Part shown: positions 36,734-49,751 of the stretch, one piece after another | How the letters are laid out: each line of letters begins with the position of its first letter | Numbering within the stretch: position 1 is the stretch's first letter | Source of the DNA: an uncultured Gemmatimonadales bacterium | GTDB taxonomy: Bacteria; Gemmatimonadota; Gemmatimonadetes; Gemmatimonadales; GWC2-71-9 | NCBI GenBank assembly: GCA_963822925.1 | Contig: CAWGJN010000001.1 | Location: 345,622-409,621 of the forward strand | Length of the DNA stretch: 64,000 bases | Reading direction: 5' to 3' | Notes under the pieces: model-generated | Database searches by the model: none | What the model saw: only the letters and a program-made list of their open reading frames with translations | What the model was told of the DNA's origin: nothing | Translations under genes and position numbers: made by a program

Positions 36734-37759
36734 TTACCTCCTGAACAACCGCCGGAGGAAACCCTTCTCCTCGACCGTTCCAAGGTCCCCGGCCAGAGCC
36801 TCCATCGACTGGTACCGTTGATCGGGCTTGAGCGCCAGCGCTTTCGCGAGCACGGCCTCGACCCGCCCCGGTACGTCGGGGCGGACGGAACGGGCAGATC
36901 TGGGACGGCCGTGTAAACGCGCCATCATCGATTCTTGCGACGTGCGGCCGACGAAGGGCAATTGCCCGGTGAACAGCTCGAACGCGACGACGCCCAGCGC
37001 GAAGATGTCGCTCCGCTCGTCGATCTTCTCGCCGCGCACCTGCTCCGGACTCATGAACTCGGGCGTGCCCAGGATGACACCGGTCTGGGTCAGTCGCACG
37101 AGTTCAGGGTCAGGCTGGATGGCCTTGCCCAGGCCAAAATCCATGACGACGGCCCGGATGCCGCCGGGCACCTTGTCGTCGGGCACCAGCATGACGTTCT
37201 CGGGCTTGAGGTCACGATGGATCACCCCGAGCTGGTGCGCGTGCTGCAATCCGTGACATATCTGCACCAGCAGCATTACCGCTTCGTTCACGGGATAGGG
37301 ACCACGGCGGGTTTCCGCGTCGTTCAGTGACTCACCGCGGAGGTAGGGCATGGCGAGGTAGAGCATGCCGTCGGCCGTCTCGCCGACGTGAAGGATGCGG
37401 CAGACATTTGGATGATAGAAGCGCATTGCGAGGAGGGCCTCACGCTTGAGGCGCTCGATCGACCCGGGGTCGGCGGCGAGGCGCGGGGTCAGCACCTTGA
37501 TCGCGACATCGGTGTTCGTGACCTCATCGCGAGCCTGGTATACGCAGGACATGCCTCCCTCGCCCAGGCGGCGCGTCACCTTGTACCGGCCGTCGATGAG
37601 CTGGTTCAGCACCAGGACCGGCAGCGGTGACTCCGCCACCTCCCGGGATGGCGCGCTCCAGGGCACTTCGACATCGGCAAGCGGAGTACCGTCCCGGGCG
37701 CAGAACCGGGCCGGCGGATCGAACATCGACTGGCAGCGCGGACAGCGCCGGACGCTCAC
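36734..37759 (-). CDS. Ser/Thr protein kinase with N-terminal zinc-ribbon-like segment
   Basis: Motifs: CPRCQ...FCARDG, LGEGGMSCV, VAIKVL, HRDLKPEN, DFGLGK, SPEQ. Confidence 0.85.
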   Translation of the reverse strand: MSVRRCPRCQSMFDPPARFCARDGTPLADVEVPWSAPSREVAESPLPVLVLNQLIDGRYKVTRRLGEGGMSCVYQARDEVTNTDVAIKVLTPRLAADPGSIERLKREALLAMRFYHPNVCRILHVGETADGMLYLAMPYLRGESLNDAETRRGPYPVNEAVMLLVQICHGLQHAHQLGVIHRDLKPENVMLVPDDKVPGGIRAVVMDFGLGKAIQPDPELVRLTQTGVILGTPEFMSPEQVRGEKIDERSDIFALGVVAFELFTGQLPFVGRTSQESMMARLHGRPRSARSVRPDVPGRVEAVLAKALALKPDQRYQSMEALAGDLGTVEEKGFLRRLFRR

Positions 37760-38685
37760 ACGGGTGGTCCTGTTCGCTCGCCAGCACCCGCCTCCGCGAT
37801 CCGCTCGAGCGTGCGCACCGCCGCGTCCACGATCTCGCGGGCAAACCCGACATCGCGTTGGTCGAGCGGGGCATCGGAGGCGACGGTCCTGAGGAAAAAC
37901 ACGCCGGCGGGCTCGCCCCGGAGCTCGAAGCGGATGGCGATCGCCGACCGGAGGGGCACCGGGAGTCCGTCGGCGCGCCAGGCGTCTCGTACCGCCTCGT
38001 AGAGCGGATCGGTGGCGACATCCTCGACATGCACCACCTCGCCGGTGTCGAGCGCGCGCCGAAGTTCCGGATAGCGGGTCAGGTCAACCGGAAGCGACTG
38101 AATGGAAGGATCCTCGTAGGCGGCGACCACGGTTCCCTGTACATCACCGGGCCGTGCCAGGATGATCGAGCAGCGCGGAATGCGCAGCCCCTGCGCCACG
38201 CGGCGTACGAGCAGCTGGAAAATCTCGGCGGTGGTGAGCCCGGTGGTGACGTCGGCCATCACGTTCGCGGAGGTGCGGAGTTCGCGTTCCGCGCCCGACT
38301 CGTGCGCCTCATGCCTCGCCCGCAGTTGTGCCTTTACCCGCGCCACCAGTTCGTGCACGCGAAAGGGCTTGGCGATGAAATCCTGCGGGCCGGCCGCGAG
38401 GGCCTTGTAGACTTCGGCTTCGGGAGACCGGGAGGAGATGAACAGCAGGCTGGGAGCGGGCGCCGGTGCCGCGGCGCGGAGCCGGGCCACCTCGGCGGCG
38501 GCCTCGTCGCCGGCCGCCACGACATCCATCAGGATCAGTTCGGTGCCACCATCGGCGAGTGCACTGGCCAGTTCTGACGCATCGGGCATCGCCACCACGT
38601 CGAAGCCATGCTCGTGCAGCACCCGGATGAGCGTCCGCCCGAGCGAGAGGTCGGGGTCGAGAATGACGAGCCGAGGTGCGGTCAT
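37756..38685 (-). CDS. response-regulator receiver domain fused to a GAF domain
   Basis: Receiver motifs (ILDPD, LILMDV, IAKPF) followed by a GAF-like C-terminal half. Confidence 0.7.
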   Translation of the reverse strand: MTAPRLVILDPDLSLGRTLIRVLHEHGFDVVAMPDASELASALADGGTELILMDVVAAGDEAAAEVARLRAAAPAPAPSLLFISSRSPEAEVYKALAAGPQDFIAKPFRVHELVARVKAQLRARHEAHESGAERELRTSANVMADVTTGLTTAEIFQLLVRRVAQGLRIPRCSIILARPGDVQGTVVAAYEDPSIQSLPVDLTRYPELRRALDTGEVVHVEDVATDPLYEAVRDAWRADGLPVPLRSAIAIRFELRGEPAGVFFLRTVASDAPLDQRDVGFAREIVDAAVRTLERIAEAGAGERTGPPV

Positions 38686-39645
38686 CCCTCGAGCAATCGG
38701 GCGAACACGGCGTCATCGACGTTGCCGCCTGACGCGATGACCGCGACCGGGCCTGTCGGGCGGTAGCGGCCGGCGAGGAGCGCGGCGACGGACGCGGCAC
38801 CGGAAGGCTCCACCCTGAGGCCAGCCTCAGCGTACAGGTGACGCACGGCCGCGCCGATCTCGGCGTCGCTCACCTGGACCGCTTCGCTCACCACATCGTG
38901 GAATACCTCGAACGGCAGGCGGCCCACACTCGGCGGGATGAGCCCGTCGGCGACGCTGGTGGGCGCTTCGAGGGTCACCGGTGCTCCCGCGCGAAGCGCG
39001 GCCGCCGCCTTGGCCGCACCCTCCGGCTCGACGGCCACAAGGTCCACGTCGGCACCAGTTGCCACGATGGCAGCCGCGGCACCGGCCAGCAGCCCGCCGC
39101 CACCTACCTGCACCAGCAGCGCCCGCACCGCCGGCCACTCCTCGAGTACCTCGAGCGTGAGCGTGCCCTGCCCCGCGATGACGTCGGCGTGCTCATACGG
39201 CGGAATCACCACCAGGCCCTCGCGCTCTGCGATGTCGGCGCAGACCCTGACCCGTTCGTGCCGCTCGACGAACACGATCTCCGCGCCGTGACTCTTCACG
39301 CCCGCCACCTTCACCGCGGGCGAGTCTTTCGGCATGACGATGACGGTGCGGACACCGAACCGCTTGCCGGCGAAGGCCACGGCCTGGGCGTGATTCCCAC
39401 TGGAATGGGTGACAATGCCACGCGCCCGGACGGCCGGCTGGAGCCGCGAGATCGCGGTCCAGGCGCCGCGGATCTTGAACGCGCCTATGGGCTGCAGGAA
39501 TTCGGCCTTGAGGCGGACCGGAACGCCGACCTGGGCCGAGAGCGCGTCGAGCGGGATGAGCGGCGTCCGGACGGCGACGCCCTCAAGCCCGGCCGCGGCG
39601 CGCCGGAGGTTCTCGAGATCGACCAGCGGCGGGCGGATCGCGGCC

Positions 39646-39653
<8 letters not shown>
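38682..39653 (-). CDS. threonine/serine dehydratase (PLP, no ACT domain)
   Basis: FKIRGA PLP-lysine motif, SSGNHAQ, Gly-rich loop; 323 aa. Confidence 0.8.
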
Positions 39654-42132
<2,479 letters not shown>

Positions 42133-42257
42133 GAGCGTCCAGGGTCGGGTGGGTCAGCGGCCGTTTTGAGGCGGCCGGAACAGGCCCAAAAGATACCCGG
42201 GACGCCGGTATTGCGGCAAGCGAAAATTGGGCGCCTAAGCGCTTGAAGGACAAATGC

Positions 42258-45200
42258 TTATGCGGTGCCCTCCGACTGGACGACGGTTGCTGCCCGCCGA
42301 GTGGCGAACCAGTGCTGCAATTCGTCGAACCAGACGTAGAACACGGGCGTGATATAGAGCGTCACGAGCTGTGAAAAGGCGAGGCCTCCCACCACCGCCA
42401 GGCCCAGCGGACGGCGTGACTCGGCGCCAGCGCCGTGGCCCAGCGCGATGGGCAGCGTGCCCATCAGCGCCGCAAAGGTGGTCATCATGATCGGACGGAA
42501 GCGGGCCGAGGCCGCCTCGAGAATCGAGGCCTCGGCGTCCCTTGCCGGTGCGCTCGGCCTCGATGGCGAAGTCGATCATCATGATCGCGTTCTTCTTGAC
42601 CAGGCCCACCAGCAGGATGATGCCGACGAAGGCGTAGACGCTCAGGTCCTGCCGGAAGATGAGCAACGTCAGCAGCGCGCCGAAGCCGGCGAACGGCAGG
42701 CCGGTAAGGATGGTGAGCGGGTGGATGAAGCTCTCGTACAGGATGCCGAGCACGATGTAGATGACCGCGACCGCAAGTATCAGCAGGACGAGCAGTCCCT
42801 TCTGGGCATCGGCAAAGGCCTGCGCCGCGCCGGAGAAGCTCGCCGTGATCCCAGTGCCGACGATAGGCGTCGCGGCCGCCTCGACCGCCTTCACGGCATC
42901 ACCGATGGCCACGCCCGGGGCGAGGTTGAACGAGATGGTGACCGACGGAAGCTGGCCCGAGTGGTTCACCGACAGCGGTCCGACGGTCTCGGTTACCGTC
43001 GCCAGCGCGGTGAGCGGCACCAGCGTGCCGTTCGGCGCCCGCACCGAGAGCAGGCGCATGGCGTCAAGATCGCGCTGGTACTGCGGCAGGAGCTCCATCA
43101 CCACGTAATACTGGTTGTTGTCGGTGAAGATGGTGGAGATCTGCCCCGCACCATAGGCGTTGTAGAGGGCCTGCTCGATCTGCTGCACGGTGACGCCGAG
43201 CGATGACGACCGGTCGCGATCGATCGCCACGTTGATCTGCGGGTTCCGGATCTGCAGGTCGCTGGTAACGTCGCGCAGCTGCGGCAGCGCCGCGAGGGTG
43301 GCCTCGAGCTTCTTCTCCGTGGCGTACAGCTGGTCGAGGTCGCTCCCCTGCAGGGTGTACTGGTACTGACTCTTGGAGGAGCGCCCGCCGATGTTGATCG
43401 GTGGCGGGTTGGTGAAGTACACCCGGATGCCGGGCACTGCCGAGAGCTTGCGCGTCAGCTGCCGGGCAACCGCGTCGGCGTCGATGGTGCGCTCGGCTCT
43501 CGGCTTGAGGCGGATGATGAAGCGGCCCTGGTTGCTGGACGAGCCGCGTCCGCCACCCACCGCCGACATGAAGCCGGCCACGTTGTCATCGGCCACCAGA
43601 ACCGCCATCGCGGCCTGCTGGTAGCGCATCATCGCCTCGAACGAGGTGCCCTCCGCCGCCTCGGTGGTGCCGCGCAGCTGGTCCTGGTCCTCGCTCGGAA
43701 TGAACCCCTTGGGCACCATTTGCCAGAGCACCACGGTCCCCGCCAGCACGAGGACGCTGAACACCAGCGCTGCCGGCCGATGGGCCATGACCCAGGCGAG
43801 CGTCCGCTGGTACGCCCGGAGCGTCGCCGTGTAGGCACGCTCGAACCAGGCGGTGGACTGCTCCACCCGGCTGGGCTTGCCGCCGTGACGTGCCGGCTTG
43901 AGGAACCGGCTGCCGAGCATCGGGGTGAGCGTCAGGGATACGAAGGCCGACACCAGAATCGACACGGCGATGGTGACGGAGAACTCGCGGAAGAGCCGGC
44001 CGACGATACCGCCCAGGAAGAGGAGCGGAATGAAGACGGCCACGAGTGAAAGGGTCATCGACAGGATGGTGAACCCGATCTCCTTCGAGCCACTGAGGGC
44101 CGCCTGCATGGGCCTCTCGCCCATTTCCATGTGGCGCACGATGTTCTCGAGCATCACGATGGCGTCGTCCACCACGAACCCCACCGACAGCGTCAGTGCC
44201 ATGAGCGACAGGTTATCGAGGCTGTAGCCCAGCGCCTTCATTACGGCGAAGGTGGCGAGCAGGGACATTGGCAAGGCAAGGCTCGGAATGATCGTGGCCG
44301 ACACGTTCCGGAGGAACATGAAGATGACGAGCACCACGAGGCAGAGCGTGAGGTAGAGCGTGAACTTTACGTCGTTCACCGACTTCCGGATCGTCTCCGA
44401 GCGGTCGTAGATCGTGGTTACGTCCACCGAGGGCGGCAGGGTCAGGCCGATCTCCTGCATCGTCTTCCGCACCCGGGCCGCCACATCCACCGTGTTCGTG
44501 CCGGGCTGGCGGTAGATGGCGAGGACGATGCCGCGGGTCTGCTTGTACCAGGCTGCGGCCTTGGTGTCCTGCACGCTGTCGATGACGCGCCCCAGGTCCT
44601 CCAGCCGCACCGGGCGCCCGTTGCGCCATGCCACGATGAGCGGGCGGAACTCCGAGGCGTTCTGCAGCTGGCCGGTGGCCTGGACGGCATAGGCGCGGTC
44701 AGTGCCCCAGAGGATGCCGGTGGGGAGGTTGACATTGCCCTGGTTGATCGCGTCGCTCACCTCATCGATGCCGATCTGTCGCGCCGCCAGCGCCTGCGGA
44801 TCGAGCTGCACCCGCACCGCGTACTTCTGCGAGCCGTACACCTGCACCTGGGCCACGCCCTCCACCGTCGAGAGGCGCTGGCCGATGTTCACCTGCCCGA
44901 ACTCATCGAGCTGCGAAAGCTTGAGCGATGCCGAGGTGAGGGCATACACGATGATCGGCGACTGCGACGGGTCCACCTTCTGGTAGGTGGGCGGCACGAT
45001 GTTCTGCGGCAGCTGCCGGATCGTCTGGGTGATGGCCGCCTGAACGTCGCTCGCCGCCGCGTCGATGTCGCGGTCGAGGGCAAACTGCAGCGCGATCTGG
45101 GTGCTGCCCTGGAAACTGGTGGAGGTGATCGCCTCGAGACCGGCGATGGTGGAGAACTGCTTCTCCAGCGGGGTCGCCACCGACGCCGCCATGGTGGTGG

Positions 45201-45366
45201 GGCTCGCCCCCGGCACCGACGCGCTCACGGAGATGGTGGGATAGTCCACCGGTGGGAGGTCGCTCACCGGCAGGCTGCGGTACGCCACCACCCCGAATAC
45301 GAGGATCCCGGACATGACGAGCGTCGTCATGACCGGGCGCTTGATGAATGGTTCGCTCAGGTTCAC
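42258..45366 (-). pseudogene. RND efflux permease (AcrB/HAE1-like), C-terminal about 95 codons displaced by a 1-nt insertion
   Basis: The long ORF 42235..45366 loses RND similarity after ...IEAERTGK. The true C-terminus (DAEASILEAASARFRPIMMTTFAALMGTLPIALG...) is in the frame of ORF 42258..42488. Removing one G of the GGG at 42539-42541 (CCC on the + strand) joins them. Confidence 0.85.
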
Positions 45367-46454
45367 GAGGCACCTCCCGGCTTCTGCACCTGCACCCTGG
45401 CGCCGTCGGTGAGCCGCAACTGGCCATCCACGACCACCTGCTCTCCCGGCTTCACGCCCTCGGTGAGGACCGCAATCGAATCGCTCTGGCGCCGCAGCGT
45501 CACCGGACGCATGTGCGCCGTATCGGCATGCACCACGTACACGTAACTCCCCTGCTGGCCCGTCACGACGGCACTCGACGGGACCACGATGGCCGCCTTG
45601 TCCACCGAGAGATCGAGCTGCACCCGCACCAATGCGCCGGGCCAGAGCCGGCTGTCCTTGTTCGCGAACTCCGCCTTGAGCGCAATGGTGCCGGTGAGTG
45701 AGTCGACGGCATTGTCGAGGAAGTCGAGCGTCCCGGTGACCGCGGAGGCGGTGTCGCCCACCGGGATGGCCCGCACTTCCTGCTTGCGGCCGGCAAGGGC
45801 GCGCAGGTCGAAGAGGTAGGCGGCGGGCACGCTGAAGCGTACCCGGATCGGCGCCATCTGATTGATGACCACGAGGGCATCGCCGCTGCCGGCGCGCACG
45901 AGGTTTCCCTCGCGCACGAGCAGCGCGCCCGCACGGCCGGTGATCGGCGCGCGGATGGTGGCGTACTGCAGGCTCAAGCGCGCCTGGTCGATAGCACCCT
46001 GGTCGGACCGCATCGTAGCCTCGAGTGCCGCGGCGGTGGCGCGAGCCTGGTCAAGCTGCTGCCCGGTGACATACTCCTTCGCCGCGAGCGCCTCGAAGCG
46101 GTCGCGGTCGCGCTGGGCACTCTGCCATTGCGCCGAGTCGCGGGCCAGCGCCGCTTCAGCCTGGCTCAGCGCCGCCCGGAACGACCGGGGATCGATCTGG
46201 AAGAGAACCTGCCCCTCCGTCACCTGATCGCCCTCGCGGAACGTCACCCGGTCGATGAGGCCCGACACCTGGGCCTCGACCCGCGAGGTGCGCACCGGCT
46301 CTACGGTACCGGTCGCCTCGAGCACCCGCGGCACGTCGCGCTGCACCGCTGCGGCGAGGGAGACTGGCGCCGCCGCCTGCGCTGAAGGACTCTTGCCCTT
46401 GCAGGCCGCCGAAAGAACGACGAGGAGGACCACGAGTTGGCGGAGCTGCATCAC
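45363..46454 (-). CDS. RND efflux periplasmic adaptor (membrane fusion protein)
   Basis: 363 aa. Lipoprotein-like N-terminus, coiled-coil hairpin and beta-barrel pattern. 4-nt overlaps on both sides. Confidence 0.85.
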   Translation of the reverse strand: MMQLRQLVVLLVVLSAACKGKSPSAQAAAPVSLAAAVQRDVPRVLEATGTVEPVRTSRVEAQVSGLIDRVTFREGDQVTEGQVLFQIDPRSFRAALSQAEAALARDSAQWQSAQRDRDRFEALAAKEYVTGQQLDQARATAAALEATMRSDQGAIDQARLSLQYATIRAPITGRAGALLVREGNLVRAGSGDALVVINQMAPIRVRFSVPAAYLFDLRALAGRKQEVRAIPVGDTASAVTGTLDFLDNAVDSLTGTIALKAEFANKDSRLWPGALVRVQLDLSVDKAAIVVPSSAVVTGQQGSYVYVVHADTAHMRPVTLRRQSDSIAVLTEGVKPGEQVVVDGQLRLTDGARVQVQKPGGAS

Positions 46455-47938
46455 TTGAGTGAGTCCGTGGGTTCAGAGAGTCGAATGCGCGCGTTGCCAT
46501 CGGGATCGAGCAGGGCGGCATCGTGTGCCAGCTGCACCAGCGCGGAATACCACTGGAGGTGCGCCTGGATGCGCTGGGCCCGCGCGTCGGCCAGGGCATT
46601 CTCCGCGGCCAGAAGATCGATAAGGCCGCCCACACCTTCCTTGTAGCGCGCCAGCGCGGCCTCAGCGGACGCGGTGGCACTGGCGAGCAATTCCGCCGTG
46701 GTGCGGACCCGCTGGCTCGCGGTGCGCTGCGCCTCGTAGGCAGCGAACACCTGGTAAGTGACCTGCTGCGCCAGGCTCGCGGTGCGGGCGCTCTCCACCT
46801 CCGCCAGCGCGGTGGCCTCGCGGGTGTTGAACTCCCAGCTGAAACCGTTGAACAGCGGCACGTCGAGCGAGAAGCCGAGCGAGTAGAAGTTCCCCCCGCC
46901 ACCGCCGCTCGAAAGAATGATGTTGCGCCCCGCAGCGCCGGTGGCGGAGATGGAGGGGAGTCGCGCCGACTTGACCGCGCGGGTGCGCTGCTCGGCGGCC
47001 GCCCAGGTGGCCTGTGCCGCCGCGAGGTCGGGCCGGTTCTCGAGGGCGTGCTTCACCAGCACATCCACACTGTCGGCGACTTCGGCGATCTGGCCGTGAG
47101 CGAGCACGGCGTCGGCGTCGAGGTCCATGGTGGCGGGGAAACCGGCGGCCGTGGCAAGCGCACCGCGCGCGGTGCGGACCTGGCCCTCGGTGGTCTGGAC
47201 CGCGAGCAGGGCCTGCGACACAGCGGTGCGCGCCTGAAGTACGTCAGCGATCGTGGCGACTCCAACGCGCCGGCGGTCCTCCGCGGCGGCGAGGTTGACG
47301 CGCTGTTCCTCGAGGGTGGTGCGCTGGGCCTTGAGCAGTGCCCGGAACCCGACATAGTCGTAATACGCGCGGGCGGTGCGAAGCACCACGTCGGCGATGA
47401 TGGCGTTGTGAGTCCAGTCGGCGGCGAGCAGCGCCTCGCGCGCCTCGCCGATCGTCCCAGCTCGTCCGCCGAGGTCAAAGAGCAGCCAACTGAAGCCGAC
47501 GCTCGGGATATAGAGCACCTGCTGCACTGACTGCCGGCCCTGGGTGGCGGGGTTCTGCAGGCCGGTAATACCCATCGACCCATCAATTTGCGGGTAGGCC
47601 AGGCCACGAGAAGAACCGTAGGCGGCGGCCCGTGCCTTCGCGTTTTCCCAGGCCAGGCGGGTGTCGGGGCTGTTGCGAAGCGCCAGATCGACCAGATCGG
47701 CCAGGGTGAGCGAGTCGCGACGCGCCACCATTTCCGCTGGAAGTGTCAGCGGAGCGGGACCGGGGGGCATCCGGTCCTCCGATGGCGGTGGCGGAGTCCA
47801 GACTCGCTCGGGCGCCGGGGAAGTGGAGCGGGCACCGCCCACGCCGGGTGACGCTGGGGCACATGCCCCCAGGCCGGCACCGAGGGCCAGGAACCAGGGC
47901 AATAACGCGGACTGACGCGCGGTCTTGGACTGGAGCAA
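46451..47938 (-). CDS. efflux outer-membrane factor lipoprotein (TolC/NodT family)
   Basis: 495 aa. Lipobox LGAGLGAC and a duplicated OEP repeat structure. Confidence 0.85.
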   Translation of the reverse strand: MLQSKTARQSALLPWFLALGAGLGACAPASPGVGGARSTSPAPERVWTPPPPSEDRMPPGPAPLTLPAEMVARRDSLTLADLVDLALRNSPDTRLAWENAKARAAAYGSSRGLAYPQIDGSMGITGLQNPATQGRQSVQQVLYIPSVGFSWLLFDLGGRAGTIGEAREALLAADWTHNAIIADVVLRTARAYYDYVGFRALLKAQRTTLEEQRVNLAAAEDRRRVGVATIADVLQARTAVSQALLAVQTTEGQVRTARGALATAAGFPATMDLDADAVLAHGQIAEVADSVDVLVKHALENRPDLAAAQATWAAAEQRTRAVKSARLPSISATGAAGRNIILSSGGGGGNFYSLGFSLDVPLFNGFSWEFNTREATALAEVESARTASLAQQVTYQVFAAYEAQRTASQRVRTTAELLASATASAEAALARYKEGVGGLIDLLAAENALADARAQRIQAHLQWYSALVQLAHDAALLDPDGNARIRLSEPTDSLK

Positions 47939-48409
47939 GATCGAGTCAATTCAGGACGAGAGTGACGAAGGATGGCCCGGACGGCCGCGGCGACAACTCC
48001 AGTTATACGTCCTGGCGCGCCGGAATGTTGAATCTTGGGGGTTCGGTGCGTAGGAGCGGAGGGCGTCGCGAGCGCGAGGGGGAGGGTTGATGCGCCGACG
48101 GCGGCCCCAACTGCAAGCCGCCGTCTCGCTTCGCTTCGCCAGTCGCCCGAGCGCGGGCGACTATTCACCTATACGGCCACAGCATCAACGCAGTGTCAAC
48201 TCAGCGTAGCGACTTGGTACCGCCCAATTGTACCGGAAGGGGGCGGGCGAGGTAGAGGGTCGGGGCGCCCGGTCCGCTCAGAGGAATCGTGCGCGGCAGG
48301 CCCTGTGCTGGCGTGTGTTCCATGGTTCCACTCCCTGTTGCCTGTTACTGGCGGCCGGAGTGACGTGTCGTCCGGCCTTCACAACCTTGGATGCATCCCG
48401 GCGGCCGAT

Positions 48410-48455
48410 GGTTGCGTAGGGAGCCGCGCAACCCTTTCCAGGCCTCCTGTGTCTA
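48410..48455 (+). promoter_or_regulatory. candidate ECF-type autoregulated promoter: hairpin GGTTGCG/CGCAACC, then AACC-N18-TCTA
   Basis: AACC at 48430-48433 and TCTA at 48452-48455, 41 nt before the sigma-factor GTG. The 17-mer CGCAACCCTTTCCAGGC recurs at 52142-52158. Confidence 0.45.
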
Positions 48456-48495
48456 CGTGCTGTCCCACGGATCGAATCCAGCGCCCGGGAGCAAG

Positions 48496-49044
48496 GTGGA
48501 CGACCAGCTATTGATCGGGCGCATCCGGGCCGGGGACCCGGCAGCGGAGCGCCAGTTCTTCGAGACCTACGCGGACCGGATCCACCGGATCGTCTTCCGA
48601 TTCGTCGGCGATCCGGAGGCTGCCCAGGACTGTGTGCAGGAGACGTTCATCCGGGCCTTTGACCGCCTGGAGACGTTCCGGGGCGAGTCGGCACTGGGCA
48701 CGTGGCTGGGCGCGATCGCGGTCTCGGTGGCACTCAATGCTCTGCGCGGACGGCGGCGCGACGAGAAGCGGCACGCGCCGTGGGAGGACGCCGAGGTGGT
48801 AGCGGCCCCGTCCGTCCGGCAGAGCGAGCCGGACCTCAAGACCAGGCTGCACGCCGAGATCGACCGTCTGCCGGAGGGTTACCGGATGGTGTTTCTGCTG
48901 CACGACGTGGAGGGCTACACGCATGAGGAAATCGGCTCGATGCTCGGCGTGCAGTCGGGAACATCCAAGGCACAGCTGTTCCGGGCCCGGGCACGGCTGC
49001 GCGAACGGCTGGCCGACTTCGCACCGGAGGTGAGCGGCACATGA
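48496..49044 (+). CDS. ECF-family RNA polymerase sigma factor
   Basis: GTG at 48496 (GGGAGC upstream) in ORF 48391..49044. Region 2 (DCVQETFIRAF) and region 4 HTH (EEIGSMLGVQSGTSKAQLFRARARLR). Confidence 0.85.
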   Translation: MDDQLLIGRIRAGDPAAERQFFETYADRIHRIVFRFVGDPEAAQDCVQETFIRAFDRLETFRGESALGTWLGAIAVSVALNALRGRRRDEKRHAPWEDAEVVAAPSVRQSEPDLKTRLHAEIDRLPEGYRMVFLLHDVEGYTHEEIGSMLGVQSGTSKAQLFRARARLRERLADFAPEVSGT

Positions 49045-49751
49045 CCGAGGAACGCGACGACGTCCCGCTCGACCCGCGGATCGCGGAGCTGGCGAAGAGT
49101 TACAACGCGCCGCCGGCGATGGATCGCGAAGCGATGTGGCGTGCGATTGAGGCGGCACGAAGCCAGGGCGGCAAGGTGGCAGACGGGCAACAGTCGGCCG
49201 CCGGCAGGCCGCAGCTGTCGAGCGGCCGGCGGCTGGCCCGGGGCAGCCGGCGCCCGGTCCTGAGCACGCGGGCCGCTGCGTGGATCTCCGGTATCGCGGC
49301 ATTGCTGGTGCTGGGCATCGGCATCGGTCGCCTGACGGCGCCGAACGGCGTCGCCACGCCAGATGCGCAGGTGGCCACAACCACATCCACGGTAAAGACG
49401 CCGACCACGGCCCTCGAATTTGCGGCGGCGCAGCACCTGAGCCAGGCCGAAGCGTATCTCACTCTTTTCCGCGCGTCGGTGCGTACCGGGCAAGTGGACA
49501 GCTTGCCGGTATCGACGGCGCGCCAGCTGCTGGCCACCAACCGGCTGCTGCTCGATTCACCGGTGGCGGATGCACGGTTGCGTCCACTGCTGCTCGACCT
49601 GGAGCTCGTGCTGGCCGAGATCACGCAACTCGGCAGCACCGGGCGCCAGGCCGACGTCAAGCTGATCACCGACGGCCTTGACCAGGGCGACGTGATGATG
49701 CGCCTGCGTGTCGCTCCCGGCCGTGGCTCTCTTCCCATTGGAGTGCTCTGA
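49041..49751 (+). CDS. putative single-pass anti-sigma factor (no zinc-binding HxxxCxxC motif)
   Basis: ATGA overlap with the sigma gene. Short cytoplasmic N-terminus, TM WISGIAALLVLGIGIG, helical periplasmic domain. Confidence 0.55.
   Translation: MTEERDDVPLDPRIAELAKSYNAPPAMDREAMWRAIEAARSQGGKVADGQQSAAGRPQLSSGRRLARGSRRPVLSTRAAAWISGIAALLVLGIGIGRLTAPNGVATPDAQVATTTSTVKTPTTALEFAAAQHLSQAEAYLTLFRASVRTGQVDSLPVSTARQLLATNRLLLDSPVADARLRPLLLDLELVLAEITQLGSTGRQADVKLITDGLDQGDVMMRLRVAPGRGSLPIGVL

Noticed and set aside
48461-48482. tRNA-like T-loop sequence GGATCGAATCC
   Set aside because: The flanking bases do not form a T-stem, and no acceptor, D or anticodon arms can be drawn. It lies in the 5' UTR of the sigma-factor gene.
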